NCBI GenBank assembly: GCA_964624625.1
Contig: CAZUXW010000005.1
Location: forward strand, 4,681 to 68,680
DNA length: 64,000 nucleotides
Direction: 5' to 3'
DNA from: an uncultured bacterium
GTDB taxonomy: Bacteria; Oederibacteriota; Muellerivitia; Muellerivitales; Muellerivitaceae
Shown: positions 37,464-48,031 of the stretch, piece by piece
Position numbering within the stretch: position 1 is the stretch's first letter
How the letters are laid out: every line of letters begins with the position of its first letter
Program-made: the position numbers and the translations under genes
The notes under the pieces: generated by a model
The model's input: only the letters and a program-made list of their open reading frames with translations
What the model was told of the DNA's origin: nothing
The model's database searches: none

Positions 37464-38495
37464 ATGGATGACTTATTATCTGACGGCGAGGTAAGCGCTC
37501 TACTTTCCGAACTAGACGTGGATATGACCGGTTCCGGCGGTTCTGACTCCTCGGGATCATCGGTGTCGGCTCCCGAAGCCGGCATTACGGTTGATGAGAT
37601 GGGCCGCAAAATCAAAACCTATGACTTCAACCGGCCGAATCGTTTCTCCAAAGACCATATGAGGACCTTGGAGATGCTCCATGAGATATTTTCCCGCGGT
37701 TTTACCGCCTCGGTGGCGGCCTATTTAAGAACCGTGGCTGAGATCAAGGTTGTGTCCGTGACGCAGCTGCCGTTCCGTGAATACACCATGTCGCTTCCCC
37801 GTCCGGATTGTATTTTCGTCTTGAAAATGGAACCCCTCGACGGTGCCTTCCTCCTGGAGATCAACCCGGAATTGGTCTTGACCCTGATTGACCGAATCCT
37901 GGGAGGGCCAGGGAAAGCGCCGACCGCCACCCGGGAGCTCACCCTCATCGAGCAATCCGTCATCGAAAAAATCGTCAACCGCGGATTGGAAGCCCTTCAG
38001 GAAGCTTGGTTGAAAGTAGGCCATTTCCAGCCAAAATTAACCGGCTATGAAACCACCGCTCAGTTTGTCCAGGTCGTCGCGCCCAGCGAAATTACCGCGG
38101 TCATCGAGTTCGAGGTGAAAGTGAATGAGGTGACCGGCAAAATGTCGATGTGTATTCCTTATGTGGTGCTGGAACCGATCATCGGCGACTTGTCCGCTCA
38201 AAAATGGTTCACGGTCGGGAAGAAAGAGTCCACCGCGGAGACGGTGGAGAGCCTCACGAAGGTCATGAGGGAAACCAGCGTTCCCATCGTCGTCCGGGCC
38301 GGGGCGACCCAAATCACGGTCCAGGAAATGCTCCGCCTCAAAGCCGGGGATGTGATTCGTTTGAACACCAGTCCCCATCAAGAGATTGATGTCTTGATCG
38401 AGAATTTAGTCAAGTTGAAGGGCCGGCCGGGAGTTTCGTCCAAAAAGAAAGCCCTTCAAGTAACCAAAGTTTGTTCGTTAGATAACAAATCATAG
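37464..38495 (+). CDS. fliM: Flagellar motor switch protein FliM
   Basis: YDFNRPNRFSKDHMRTLEMLHE (FliM N-region). CheC-like middle. C-terminal SpoA domain. Confidence 0.9.
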   Translation: MDDLLSDGEVSALLSELDVDMTGSGGSDSSGSSVSAPEAGITVDEMGRKIKTYDFNRPNRFSKDHMRTLEMLHEIFSRGFTASVAAYLRTVAEIKVVSVTQLPFREYTMSLPRPDCIFVLKMEPLDGAFLLEINPELVLTLIDRILGGPGKAPTATRELTLIEQSVIEKIVNRGLEALQEAWLKVGHFQPKLTGYETTAQFVQVVAPSEITAVIEFEVKVNEVTGKMSMCIPYVVLEPIIGDLSAQKWFTVGKKESTAETVESLTKVMRETSVPIVVRAGATQITVQEMLRLKAGDVIRLNTSPHQEIDVLIENLVKLKGRPGVSSKKKALQVTKVCSLDNKS

Positions 38496-38513
38496 TTTCG
38501 CCAAAGGGTCTTC

Positions 38514-39464
38514 GTGGATATCAATAAACTTCAAAACTTTGGCGAGGCGGCGGCTGTTGGTTTAGCCCAAACCTTAACCGCTTTGATGGGCCGGGATGTG
38601 CTGGTTTCATTATCCCGGGTTTCCAACGAGGATACGAAATCGGTGGCTTCGGGCCTGGATTCCTCGTATCTTGTTGCGGCTTTGAAGGGGTCCGGCGGGG
38701 TGGATGGGACGGCGCTTTTGTTGACGAAGGAAAAAAACTCGTCGGTTTTGGCCGATTTGTTGATAGGCCAGGATGGGACGAGCGCTCCCGAAAAGATGAC
38801 GGAACTTCATTTATCCGCTTTTGGCGAGGTGCTTCACCAAATGGCGGAGGTTTTTACGACGGAGGGAAAGAAAGTCGGTGGTTCGAAGGTTCTTTGGGAG
38901 GCGGGCGAGCCTTCCACCATGGAATCTTCCTCGTTGGACCGCCAGTTATCCCAGTTGGGCGTGACATTAACGGTTTTCAATTTCGCCTTTAATGTCCAAG
39001 ATTTATTGACGGGTGAGTTTTTATTTTGTCTTCCCGAATCGGTTGCTTCTCGTTTTTCGACCGGGGCGGGAAAACCAGCTGCCCCTGTGGCTTCTGGAAA
39101 TGTTCAATCCGGTGTTTCGACTGTAAACACCCAATCGCGAGCGGGAGGTGCTTCTGTGCAACAATTAGAAAATGAATTCTCGGGTTCGGCTCGACCGACT
39201 GGGGGAAACATCGGGCTTTTACTGGATGTTCCCTTGAAACTGACCGTCGAACTTGGCCGGACGACGAAATTGGTGAAGGAAATTTTGGCCTTGGCGCCTG
39301 GTTCCGTGGTGGAGCTGGACAAGTTGGCGGGTGAGGCTGTTGACATATTGGTCAACGAGAAGCTGATCGCCAAGGGAGAAGTGGTCGTGATCGACGAGAA
39401 TTTCGGGGTCCGCATCACTGAGATCATCAATCCCGAAGAACGGTTGCACGCGGTTCAGGCTTAA
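38514..39464 (+). CDS. fliN: Flagellar motor switch protein FliY/FliN (CheC-like N-domain plus C-terminal SpoA/FliN domain)
   Basis: N-terminal EAAAVGLAQTLTALMGRDV CheC-like. C-terminal LLDVPLKLTVELGRTTKLVKEILALAPGSVVELDKLAGEAVDILVNEKLIAKGEVVVID is a SpoA domain. Confidence 0.8.
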   Translation: MDINKLQNFGEAAAVGLAQTLTALMGRDVLVSLSRVSNEDTKSVASGLDSSYLVAALKGSGGVDGTALLLTKEKNSSVLADLLIGQDGTSAPEKMTELHLSAFGEVLHQMAEVFTTEGKKVGGSKVLWEAGEPSTMESSSLDRQLSQLGVTLTVFNFAFNVQDLLTGEFLFCLPESVASRFSTGAGKPAAPVASGNVQSGVSTVNTQSRAGGASVQQLENEFSGSARPTGGNIGLLLDVPLKLTVELGRTTKLVKEILALAPGSVVELDKLAGEAVDILVNEKLIAKGEVVVIDENFGVRITEIINPEERLHAVQA

Positions 39465-39492
39465 TTAAGGCATTGAGGACTCGTAAAGTTCC

Positions 39493-40191
39493 ATGCCCAT
39501 GACCTGTTCCAACCACGAGAACCCTTGGATACTAAATACCCTCATCGGTTTAGTTCTAGGGGTTTGTCTATTTCTGCCGGTTAATCCTCCTGGCGCTTGG
39601 GCGATTGATTCCAACAGCGCCCTGTTTGAAAAAAACCAAAGCGCAGCCCCTGGGGAAAAGGAAAAAAACAGCCAGCCCTTGGCCCTTCCCGAGGAAACCC
39701 CCAATCCCTCCCCCGGAATATTCTCGACCCTGGCAAGGATTTTCCTCGCCCTTTTCCTCATTGTGGGCCTGATCATTTTAACGGTTTGGGGCGTGAAGTT
39801 TGTTTGGGAAAAACAAGGGTGGAATAACCTGAGCGAGACGGGGAAGCCCATCAAGGTTTTGACCTCGACCTACCTGGCTCCCCGAAAAGCGATTCATTTA
39901 ATCGAGGTCGGCAAACGGCTTTTAGTGGTGGGAGTGGGTAAGGATGAGATGAGTTGTTTCGATGTCATCGCGGACCCGGATGAAATTGAGTCCTTGCGCC
40001 AGGCCGCCCAGCAGGGATTCCCGAAAATATTCTCGAAAATCATGAATAAGCATGAGGCGGTGCAGGATGAGGCCGAGGCCAAAAGAATCATCGCGGAAAG
40101 CAACGAGCTGGTGGGTGGTTACGTGGAAAAATTAAAAGGGATTACCAAGAACAAGAAAAATCCGGTCCGCGGGAAGGGTGAACATTCATGA
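39493..40191 (+). CDS. fliO: Flagellar biosynthesis protein FliO (FliZ-type)
   Basis: Position between fliN and fliP. Single TM IFLALFLIVGLIILTVWGV. LAPRKAIHLIEVGKRLLVVGV motif typical of FliO. Confidence 0.6.
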   Translation: MPMTCSNHENPWILNTLIGLVLGVCLFLPVNPPGAWAIDSNSALFEKNQSAAPGEKEKNSQPLALPEETPNPSPGIFSTLARIFLALFLIVGLIILTVWGVKFVWEKQGWNNLSETGKPIKVLTSTYLAPRKAIHLIEVGKRLLVVGVGKDEMSCFDVIADPDEIESLRQAAQQGFPKIFSKIMNKHEAVQDEAEAKRIIAESNELVGGYVEKLKGITKNKKNPVRGKGEHS

Positions 40192-40943
40192 GGCGAAACT
40201 TCTTTTGGCTGGCGGGGTTTTCCGCCCTTCTCTTGTGGGCGACCGCCGGGGCTTCCGCCGCCGCGGATATTCCCTTTCCCTCCATAAAGTTGGGCGTGGA
40301 CCAAGCCAAAACACCGCAAGACGTCGCCATGAGCATTCAAATTATTTTGGTGCTGACGGTCTTGTCGCTCGCCCCGGCGATCCTGATCATGACCACCTCC
40401 TTTACCAGGATCGTTATTGTCCTGGCCTTTTTGCGCCAGGGGCTGGGAACCCAACAGGTGCCCCCAAACCAGGTCTTGATCAGCCTCGCGTTGTTTCTCA
40501 CCTTTTTCGTGATGAAGCCGACGTTTGAAAAAATCGACCAGGACGCCCTCACGCCTTACCTGGCCGGGAAGATGTCGACCGCGGAGGCTTTTAAAAAAGC
40601 CGAGGATCCGATGAGGCAGTTCATGTTTAAACAAACCAGGGAAAAGGACCTGGCGCTGTTCGTCGCCCTATCCAAATCCAGCCGCCCCCGCACCCCCGCG
40701 GACATCTCGACCTTTGTTTTAATCCCCGCCTTCGTGATCGGGGAGCTGAAAAAATCCTTTGAGATGGGGTTTATTATTTTCATTCCGTTCCTCATCATTG
40801 ATATGGTGGTGGCTTCGGTTTTGATGTCCATGGGAATGCTCATGCTTCCGCCCGTGCTTATCTCGCTGCCCTTTAAAATTTTGCTCTTCATCATGGTGGA
40901 TGGCTGGAACCTGATTGTCCGGTCGATCGCCCTGAGTTTTTGA
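40188..40943 (+). CDS. fliP: Flagellar biosynthesis protein FliP
   Basis: Signal peptide, then IPAFVIGELKKSFEMGFIIFIPFLIIDMVVASVLMSMGMLMLPP, a hallmark of FliP. Confidence 0.9.
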   Translation: MRRNFFWLAGFSALLLWATAGASAAADIPFPSIKLGVDQAKTPQDVAMSIQIILVLTVLSLAPAILIMTTSFTRIVIVLAFLRQGLGTQQVPPNQVLISLALFLTFFVMKPTFEKIDQDALTPYLAGKMSTAEAFKKAEDPMRQFMFKQTREKDLALFVALSKSSRPRTPADISTFVLIPAFVIGELKKSFEMGFIIFIPFLIIDMVVASVLMSMGMLMLPPVLISLPFKILLFIMVDGWNLIVRSIALSF

Positions 40944-40966
40944 CTTTTTGAAATGAGGATTTAGAA

Positions 40967-41236
40967 ATGACGGTAGAATTTATCGCTGACTTGGCGAATC
41001 GGGCCCTTTGGATCACCCTTCTTATTTCCGCCCCGATCCTGGGATTGGGACTGGCGGTGGGTGTGGCGGTTTCCATTTTCCAGGCCGTCACGCAGATACA
41101 GGAAATGACCTTAACCTTTATCCCGAAAATCATCGCCATTTTTTTCGCCATTCTTGTGTTCGGGAAATGGATGATGCTGGTTTTATTGAACTTCACTTCC
41201 AACCTTTGGATTAACCTTCCGAATTACTCGAAGTGA
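40967..41236 (+). CDS. fliQ: Flagellar biosynthesis protein FliQ
   Basis: 89 aa, two TM helices, FQAVTQIQEMTLTFIPK motif. Confidence 0.9.
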   Translation: MTVEFIADLANRALWITLLISAPILGLGLAVGVAVSIFQAVTQIQEMTLTFIPKIIAIFFAILVFGKWMMLVLLNFTSNLWINLPNYSK

Positions 41237-41243
41237 GGGCGCT

Positions 41244-42029
41244 TTGCCAACCAATCCCTTTCAATTCGATCCCAAAGATGTGGTGGCCTTTGTCCTGGTT
41301 CTGATGAGGATGGCCGGTGTTTTTTTAACGGCGCCTGTCTTTGCCAGCCGGAATATCCCCGTCATGGTCAAGGCCTCCTGGATACTCCTGATTTCGTTCC
41401 TGATATTTCCTGTGGTGGATTTCAAGGCTGATTTGCTCCCTGGCTCCGGATTACCCCTGGCCTTGGGCGTGGTCCGGGAATTGCTGATCGGTTTTTGCGT
41501 TGGTTTAGGCGCCACCTTGGTTTTTACAGGCATCCAATTGGCGGGCCAGATCGTGGATATTCAAATGGGGCTGGGGATGGTGAATATCATCGATCCCATC
41601 ACGAGCACCCAAATATCCGTCATGGGACAGTATTATTATTTGATCGCGACGCTGGTATTCCTGTCGGTGGACGGCCATCACCTTCTGTTGCGGGCCTTGG
41701 CGGACAGCTTTACCCTGGTTCCGCTGGGCCAGGCTCATTTCACCGCGGCCCTGGGGACGAAAATGATGGCGATGTTCTCCCAAATATTTTTCATCGCCTT
41801 TCGGGTCGGGGCGCCGGTCATCGGGGCGCTGTTTATCACCAACATGGCCTTGGGCGTGGTGGCCCGCACCGTTCCCCAAATGAACGTGTTTATCGTGGGA
41901 ATGCCGTTGAATTTGGCGGTCGGATTCATGATTACCGCCCTCTCGATGAGCTTTTTTGTCTTCGTCCTACAGGGTTTGTTCAAGGGAATGGTCCGGGATT
42001 TGGCGGTTTTGATTCAAGCCTTGCGGTAG
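41244..42029 (+). CDS. fliR: Flagellar biosynthesis protein FliR
   Basis: 261-aa polytopic membrane protein following fliQ. GLGMVNIIDP motif. Confidence 0.85.
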   Translation: MPTNPFQFDPKDVVAFVLVLMRMAGVFLTAPVFASRNIPVMVKASWILLISFLIFPVVDFKADLLPGSGLPLALGVVRELLIGFCVGLGATLVFTGIQLAGQIVDIQMGLGMVNIIDPITSTQISVMGQYYYLIATLVFLSVDGHHLLLRALADSFTLVPLGQAHFTAALGTKMMAMFSQIFFIAFRVGAPVIGALFITNMALGVVARTVPQMNVFIVGMPLNLAVGFMITALSMSFFVFVLQGLFKGMVRDLAVLIQALR

Positions 42030-42100
42030 GGCCGTCGCCAAAAACCGGTTGGAATGGCCTTTGGCGGTGGACCCTAAATAATTGATTACGAGGATGAACG

Positions 42101-43171
42101 ATGGCGGATCCGGGACGCACCGAAAAAGCGACGCCGAAAAGGCGGGAAGAGGCTCGCGAAAGGGGACAGGTTCCCCGTTCCGTCGAGGTTAATTCGGCGC
42201 TGATTTTGCTGACAGCGCTTTTGACTTTTCGATACGCGGGCCCCTATATGGTCGACTCCATGAATCAGGTGGCGGTTTTTTCCTACCAAAACATGAATAT
42301 GACATTGGGGATGGAGAGCGTCTACACCCTGGGTTTGTTTTACATGTGGCAAATTTTTAAGATTATCGCCCCTGTTTTGGGCATGGTTTTGCTGGTGGGG
42401 TTGATCGCGAATTATTTTCAAGTGGGCGTTTTATTCAGCTTGAAGCCGCTCGTTCCGAAGTTCAGCAACGTCAACCCCATGTCCGGGTTCCAAAAACTAT
42501 TTTCGCGCCGGTCCGCGATTGAGTTTGTCAAATCCCTGTTGAAACTTTCCCTGATCAGTTGGATCGTTTACAAGGGAGTCAAGACGGCCCTTCCTGAACT
42601 GGTCCCGACCATGGATATGCCCGGCACGGAAGCTTTGAGGTTTGTGGGGATGTTGACCATGAAAATTTTGAACACGGCTATTTTGGCCCTCGCCGCTTTG
42701 GCTGTGTTTGATTATTTCTATCAACGGTGGGAGTACGAGGACGGCCTTAAAATGACGAAACAGGAAGTTCGGGATGAATACCGTCAATCCGAGGGCGACC
42801 CGATGATCAAGGCCCGGATCCGGCAGATTCAAAGGGAGATGGCGCGCCGCCGAATGTTCGAATCGATCCCCAAGGCGGATGTGGTGATAACCAATCCCAC
42901 CCACGTGGCAGTGGCCCTGGAATATAAAGAGGGCATGTCGGCTCCCGTTGTTTTGGCCAAGGGCGAGAGGGTCGTCGCGGAAAAAATCAAGGAAATGGCG
43001 AAAAAAAACTTTATTCCGATCGTGGAAAATCCCCCTCTGGCGAGGGCGCTTTTAAAACAATGCCCGGTGGGAGCGCCTATTTCCCCCGATCTATTCGAGG
43101 CCGTGGCTGAAATTTTGGCCTTCGTCTACCGTGTGAATAAACAAAAGGGCGCTTCGAAAGCCGCTGGATAA
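42101..43171 (+). CDS. flhB: Flagellar biosynthesis protein FlhB
   Basis: MADPGRTEKATPKRREEARERGQVPRS. NPTH autocleavage site (VITNPTHVAVAL). Confidence 0.9.
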   Translation: MADPGRTEKATPKRREEARERGQVPRSVEVNSALILLTALLTFRYAGPYMVDSMNQVAVFSYQNMNMTLGMESVYTLGLFYMWQIFKIIAPVLGMVLLVGLIANYFQVGVLFSLKPLVPKFSNVNPMSGFQKLFSRRSAIEFVKSLLKLSLISWIVYKGVKTALPELVPTMDMPGTEALRFVGMLTMKILNTAILALAALAVFDYFYQRWEYEDGLKMTKQEVRDEYRQSEGDPMIKARIRQIQREMARRRMFESIPKADVVITNPTHVAVALEYKEGMSAPVVLAKGERVVAEKIKEMAKKNFIPIVENPPLARALLKQCPVGAPISPDLFEAVAEILAFVYRVNKQKGASKAAG

Positions 43172-43304
43172 TCCCGGTGTTTTTCCCGCGATTGGAGCTG
43201 ATTGTTTTAAGTTAAGGGCCGCAGGGAAACGTGAAAATAAAGGAATTTAAGCTTTTTGTGGGGCCTCATTTAGTGTTGGGGTAGTAACGAATCCTCCTGC
43301 TACA

Positions 43305-45428
43305 ATGTCGGTTTCTGACATGCTGGAACGAAAGGCTTTTCTAATGGCTGAAGCGACGACCATTAACACCATCCAAAAAAACAGCGATCTCTTCTTCGCC
43401 TTTGCCGTGGTGATGGCGATCATTATGGTGGTGATTCCACTTCCTCCTTTCCTATTGGACATCCTCATTTCCCTGAATATCACCATGGCGTTGGTCGTGG
43501 TCCTGATCACCATGTATACCTTGGAGCCCCTGCACTTTTCCATTTTTCCGACTTTGCTCCTGATCACGACTTTGTTCCGTCTTGCCCTGAGTATTTCCGC
43601 CACCCGGTTAATCCTTCTGCATGGCACCGACGGGTCCCAAGCCGCCGGCAAGGTTATCGAATCCATTGGAACGGTCGTGGTGGGCGGAAGCTATTGGGTT
43701 GGGTTTGTGGTATTTCTTATTTTGATCATCATCCAATTCGTGGTGATTACCAGCGGCGCCCAGCGCGTGGCGGAAGTGGCGGCCCGGTTCACCTTGGACG
43801 CCATGCCGGGAAAACAAATGGCCATCGACGCGGACCTCAATTCGGGCCTGGTGACCGATGACCAAGCCCGCCAGAGGCGCAAGGACGTGGAGCGGGAGGC
43901 TGATTTTTACGGGGCCATGGATGGAGCCAGCAAATTTGTCCGTGGGGACGCCATCGCGGCCATCGTGATTATCGTCATCAACGTGTTGGGCGGGTTCGGG
44001 GTCGGTTTTTGGAGCCAAAGCATGACTTGGGAGGAGGTGCTGCAGCGCTACACGCTTCTTTCCATCGGGGACGGGTTGGCAACGCAGATTCCGGCGTTAC
44101 TGCTTTCCATGGCGACCGGTATCGTGGTGACCCGGGCGGCATCGGACAGCAATTTGGGGACGGACTTAGTGCGGCAAATCACGGCCCATCCAAAGGCCCT
44201 TTGGATCGCCGCCGGCGTGCTTTTCGTGTTGGGCCTCGTTCCTGGTATGCCCTGGGCCTTCCTCTTTATCTCCATTTTGACCGGGGTCCTGGCTTATTTT
44301 ATCGACACGACGGTCCGCCGCGAGACGGAGGACGCCGTTGAAAAGGCCAAGGGTCAAGCGGCCCCGGACAAGAAAAAAGAGCCCGAGAACGTCTCGTCCC
44401 TTCTCCAGGTGGACCATTTGGAGGTTGAGATCGGCTACAGCCTCATTCCCTTGGTGGACGAAGCCCAGGGCGGGGACCTGTTGGAGCGGATCACAGGGAT
44501 CCGGCGGCAAATGGCCACCGATTTGGGCCTGGTCGTACCGCCCATCCGCATTCGGGACAATATGCAGCTTCAACCCTCGGAATATTTGATCAAGATCAAG
44601 GGCGTGGAGGTATCGCGCTGGAAAATCATGCCGGGCCACCTATTGGCGATGGCCACGGGGACCGACATGGTCAAAATTCAGGGCATCGAGACCAAGGAAC
44701 CAACCTTTAATTTGACGGCCTATTGGATAACCGATGAGGAAAAATCCATGGCGGAACAAGCGGGATATTCGGTCGTGGACGCCTCGACCGTCATCGCGAC
44801 CCACTTAACGGAGGTCATCCGCAATCACGCCCACGAGTTCTTGACCCGGCAAAGCGTTTCGAAGCTATTGGATGGGGTCAAAAAAGAATCGCCGGCGGTG
44901 GTGGAGGAGCTCGTTCCGGGGCACCTGCCCATCGGGGATTTGCAGAAAATCCTGCAAAACCTTTTGAAAGAGCATATTCCCATCCGTGACCTGGAAAGCA
45001 TTCTGGAGTCGGTCGCGGATCACGTTCGCGAAACGAAGGACGTTCAATTGCTGACCGAGTACGCCAGAAAATCCCTTTCGCGTTCCATCACCAAACTCCA
45101 CCAGGCGGCCGACGGGAAAGTCTACGCCCTCACACTCGACCCGAGGTTTGAAAAAACCATCCTGGATTCGGTGCAGGCGGCGGAAAGCGGGTCCGCCACC
45201 GCCTTGGATCCAAGGGTTTTACAGCAAATGTTCAGGAGCCTTTCGGCTGGGATCGAAAAAATGGCCGCGGCCAACCGGCAGCCTTTGGTTTTGTGCTCGC
45301 CCGGGGTTCGTCCCTATTTCAAGAAATTGATTGAGCGGTTCATTCCACATTTAACCGTTCTTTCCTTCAGCGAACTTCTGCCGCGGACCGAAATCCAATC
45401 CATCGGCGTGATCGAGGCGGGTGAATGA
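43305..45428 (+). CDS. flhA: Flagellar biosynthesis protein FlhA
   Basis: 8-TM N-domain (DLFFAFAVVMAIIMVVIPLP...) and large cytoplasmic C-domain. The ATG at 43344 is an alternative start. Confidence 0.9.
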   Translation: MSVSDMLERKAFLMAEATTINTIQKNSDLFFAFAVVMAIIMVVIPLPPFLLDILISLNITMALVVVLITMYTLEPLHFSIFPTLLLITTLFRLALSISATRLILLHGTDGSQAAGKVIESIGTVVVGGSYWVGFVVFLILIIIQFVVITSGAQRVAEVAARFTLDAMPGKQMAIDADLNSGLVTDDQARQRRKDVEREADFYGAMDGASKFVRGDAIAAIVIIVINVLGGFGVGFWSQSMTWEEVLQRYTLLSIGDGLATQIPALLLSMATGIVVTRAASDSNLGTDLVRQITAHPKALWIAAGVLFVLGLVPGMPWAFLFISILTGVLAYFIDTTVRRETEDAVEKAKGQAAPDKKKEPENVSSLLQVDHLEVEIGYSLIPLVDEAQGGDLLERITGIRRQMATDLGLVVPPIRIRDNMQLQPSEYLIKIKGVEVSRWKIMPGHLLAMATGTDMVKIQGIETKEPTFNLTAYWITDEEKSMAEQAGYSVVDASTVIATHLTEVIRNHAHEFLTRQSVSKLLDGVKKESPAVVEELVPGHLPIGDLQKILQNLLKEHIPIRDLESILESVADHVRETKDVQLLTEYARKSLSRSITKLHQAADGKVYALTLDPRFEKTILDSVQAAESGSATALDPRVLQQMFRSLSAGIEKMAAANRQPLVLCSPGVRPYFKKLIERFIPHLTVLSFSELLPRTEIQSIGVIEAGE

Positions 45429-46633
45429 GAATCAAGCGATATGAAGCTCCCACGATCCAAGAGGCCCTCATGAAAGTGAAGAAGGATTTGGGGCCGGAAG
45501 CGGTTATCCTCTACACGAAGACCTTCCGTAAGGGAGGTATGCTGGGAATGTTTGGGAAGCTGATGGCTGAAATCACCGCCGGGGTTGATTTGAACCTGAT
45601 GGATGATATGGCCAAGCGAAGGGGACCGGCCCCGGCCGTCCCGCCGATCCTGGACCGCGGGGAGGCCCTCCTCAAAAAGAATCCCGCCGCGCCGCAGCCT
45701 GCCGCGGGCCCCTTGACCCCCATGGGATCGCTTGATCCGGCCCGGGCGAAGGTGAAAGCCCTTCAGCGGGAATTGAACGAAATGAAGACCTCCAGCGTCG
45801 CCAACGTTTTGAGGGATTTGAATCAAGTCGACACCGCGGCCCTCTTGTCGGAGGGCTTCTCCAAAATCAGGAAGAAGCTGGTGCGCCAAGAAGTCGAGGA
45901 CTTTTTAATCCAAAAAATGATCAAGGGGATGATTTCCGAAAAGATTGACCCCGAAAAAAACGAGGAAGTATTCCAGTGGATCGACCGATATGTGAGGGGC
46001 GTGGTTAAAATCGCGCCGGCCGCCTCCCCGACGAACTTCCAGAAGGTCATCGCGTTTGTGGGACCCACGGGCGTTGGAAAGACAACCACCTTGGCCAAGC
46101 TCGCGGCCCGATTCAGCCTCATCGAGCGGAAAAAAGTGGCGATGATCACGGCGGATACCTATCGAATCGCCGCGACCGAACAGCTGAAAACCTACGGAAA
46201 AATCATGGGCATTCCCGTTGATGTGGCCGACTCGTCGGAGGAAATCGTGAATATCCTGGCCAAATACAAAAACATGGATTTGGTTTTGGTGGATACGGCC
46301 GGGAGAAGCCCCTCCAGCGACGAGCAACTGGAAGAGCTGAAAGAATTCATCGCCAGGAGCCAGGCGGACGAGATTCACCTGGTTTTATCCGCGACGACGA
46401 AATATTTCGACATGCTTCGAATCATCGAGCGGTTCGGCGTGGCGGTGCCGATCAACCGCATGATCTTCACTAAATTGGATGAGACCAGGTTTTACGGGGC
46501 GTTTTTAAACCTGATGAATAATTTCCAGATCCCGTTGTCGTTTTACGCGACGGGGCAAAATGTCCCGGACGATTTGGAAGTTCCGGAGACGAATTCACTT
46601 TCCGAGAGAATCACCAAGGCGCTACTGGCTTAA
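45425..46633 (+). CDS. flhF: Flagellar biosynthesis SRP-type GTPase FlhF
   Basis: G1 motif IAFVGPTGVGKTTTLAKLA. DTAGR G3 motif. N-terminal basic domain. Confidence 0.85.
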   Translation: MRIKRYEAPTIQEALMKVKKDLGPEAVILYTKTFRKGGMLGMFGKLMAEITAGVDLNLMDDMAKRRGPAPAVPPILDRGEALLKKNPAAPQPAAGPLTPMGSLDPARAKVKALQRELNEMKTSSVANVLRDLNQVDTAALLSEGFSKIRKKLVRQEVEDFLIQKMIKGMISEKIDPEKNEEVFQWIDRYVRGVVKIAPAASPTNFQKVIAFVGPTGVGKTTTLAKLAARFSLIERKKVAMITADTYRIAATEQLKTYGKIMGIPVDVADSSEEIVNILAKYKNMDLVLVDTAGRSPSSDEQLEELKEFIARSQADEIHLVLSATTKYFDMLRIIERFGVAVPINRMIFTKLDETRFYGAFLNLMNNFQIPLSFYATGQNVPDDLEVPETNSLSERITKALLA

Positions 46634-46642
46634 GGGGGATTT

Positions 46643-47548
46643 GTGCAGGATCAAGCTGAACGGCTTCGGCAATTGGTGGGGCGGCTGAATAATCCCCTGG
46701 GATTGGAAACGCCCAAACCGGCGTCTTCCCAATGCCGCGTGATGACGGTTACCAGCGGCAAGGGAGGGGTGGGGAAAACCAATCTTTCCGTTAATTTCGC
46801 CTTGGCCATGGCGGCCAGGGGCAAAAATGTCCTTTTGTTTGACGCGGATATGGGTTTGGCCAACGTGGATGTGATGCTGGGAATGATTCCCCAATACACG
46901 CTTTTAAACGTGCTGAACGGCCAAAAAAGCCTATCGGAGATTGTCTTGGAGGGCCCGGGGGGCATCCGGTTGGTGGCCTCGGGATCGGGCGGGGTCCAGG
47001 AACTGGCGGATTTAAACGAGGGGCAAAGGGCAAAGTTCTTGGAAGCCCTCTTAGAACTTCAAAACCAATCGGATGTCATTCTCATCGATACGGGGGCGGG
47101 TCTTCACCGGAACGTTTTGGCCTTCGTAATCGCCGCGGAAGAGGTCGTGATTGTGACCACTCCGGAGCCGACGGCTTTGATGGACGCCTATGGTATGATC
47201 AAAATACTTTTTCGTGAAAAGCATAATCCCGTTATCAACATTGTGGTGAACATGGCGGCCAATCAAACCGAGGCGGATGAGGCGGGGAAGAAGCTGGTGA
47301 TCCTTTCCAAAAGGTTCTTGGGACTGGAGATCGAGTATCTGGGCTTTGTACCGAGGGATCCTGCCATGATTAAGGCCGTCCGCGAGCAAAAACCGGTTTT
47401 TCTTTCCGCGCCTCTTTGTCCGGCGGCGGTCAGCATGAACCGTTTGGCGGATATGCTGATGACGGGAAAGGACCAAAGGTCCGAGGGGAATTTAATCAAT
47501 TTTTTCAAAAAAGTGACGCAGATTTTCGGAAGCAAGCAGCGGGGTTGA
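46643..47548 (+). CDS. flhG: MinD-type ATPase FlhG (FleN/YlxH)
   Basis: Deviant Walker A TSGKGGVGKT. Follows flhF. Confidence 0.85.
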   Translation: MQDQAERLRQLVGRLNNPLGLETPKPASSQCRVMTVTSGKGGVGKTNLSVNFALAMAARGKNVLLFDADMGLANVDVMLGMIPQYTLLNVLNGQKSLSEIVLEGPGGIRLVASGSGGVQELADLNEGQRAKFLEALLELQNQSDVILIDTGAGLHRNVLAFVIAAEEVVIVTTPEPTALMDAYGMIKILFREKHNPVINIVVNMAANQTEADEAGKKLVILSKRFLGLEIEYLGFVPRDPAMIKAVREQKPVFLSAPLCPAAVSMNRLADMLMTGKDQRSEGNLINFFKKVTQIFGSKQRG

Positions 47549-47615
47549 GCCTGGCAGGGATGGAGAATGAGGGCGGCGGCTTCTTGAGCCGGGATTAAAA
47601 ATTCGGGGGAACCAG

Positions 47616-48026
47616 ATGGCTAAAAAAGAAAAAGACCGGTTGTACTATGAGATCACGAAGGAAAAGCCCTATGGCAACTTCCAAATGCTGATGGTGGGAG
47701 GGTCCGCGGGATCGGTTTTGGGCTTCCTGATCATTTCCCTGGTGGGAGCTTACGAGGGAATGGAGATGGATAGCCTGGTTCTCGCTTTTTTGGTCGCGAG
47801 TTTTCTCGGGTTTTTCTTCGGCCTGCTCATCATGTGGATCGTGATTACTTATCTCGAAAAAATGATACCTGGATCCGCCCTCATGGGGGGACTGCCCCAA
47901 TCGGCCGGGCCGGCCGTCACCGAGCCGGTGATGGAAGCCGAAACGGTTCCGGCGGCGGAAACCGAGGAAGCCAAGGGGAAATCCGTTGATTTTGTTTTTC
48001 CGGAACTTTCTCCCGATAACCAGTAG
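47616..48026 (+). CDS. Hypothetical small membrane protein (two TM helices, acidic C-terminal tail) between flhG and fliA
   Basis: Hydrophobic segments MLMVGGSAGSVLGFLIISLVGAY and LVLAFLVASFLGFFFGLLIMWIVITYL. No recognisable family. Confidence 0.4.
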   Translation: MAKKEKDRLYYEITKEKPYGNFQMLMVGGSAGSVLGFLIISLVGAYEGMEMDSLVLAFLVASFLGFFFGLLIMWIVITYLEKMIPGSALMGGLPQSAGPAVTEPVMEAETVPAAETEEAKGKSVDFVFPELSPDNQ

Positions 48027-48031
48027 AAAGT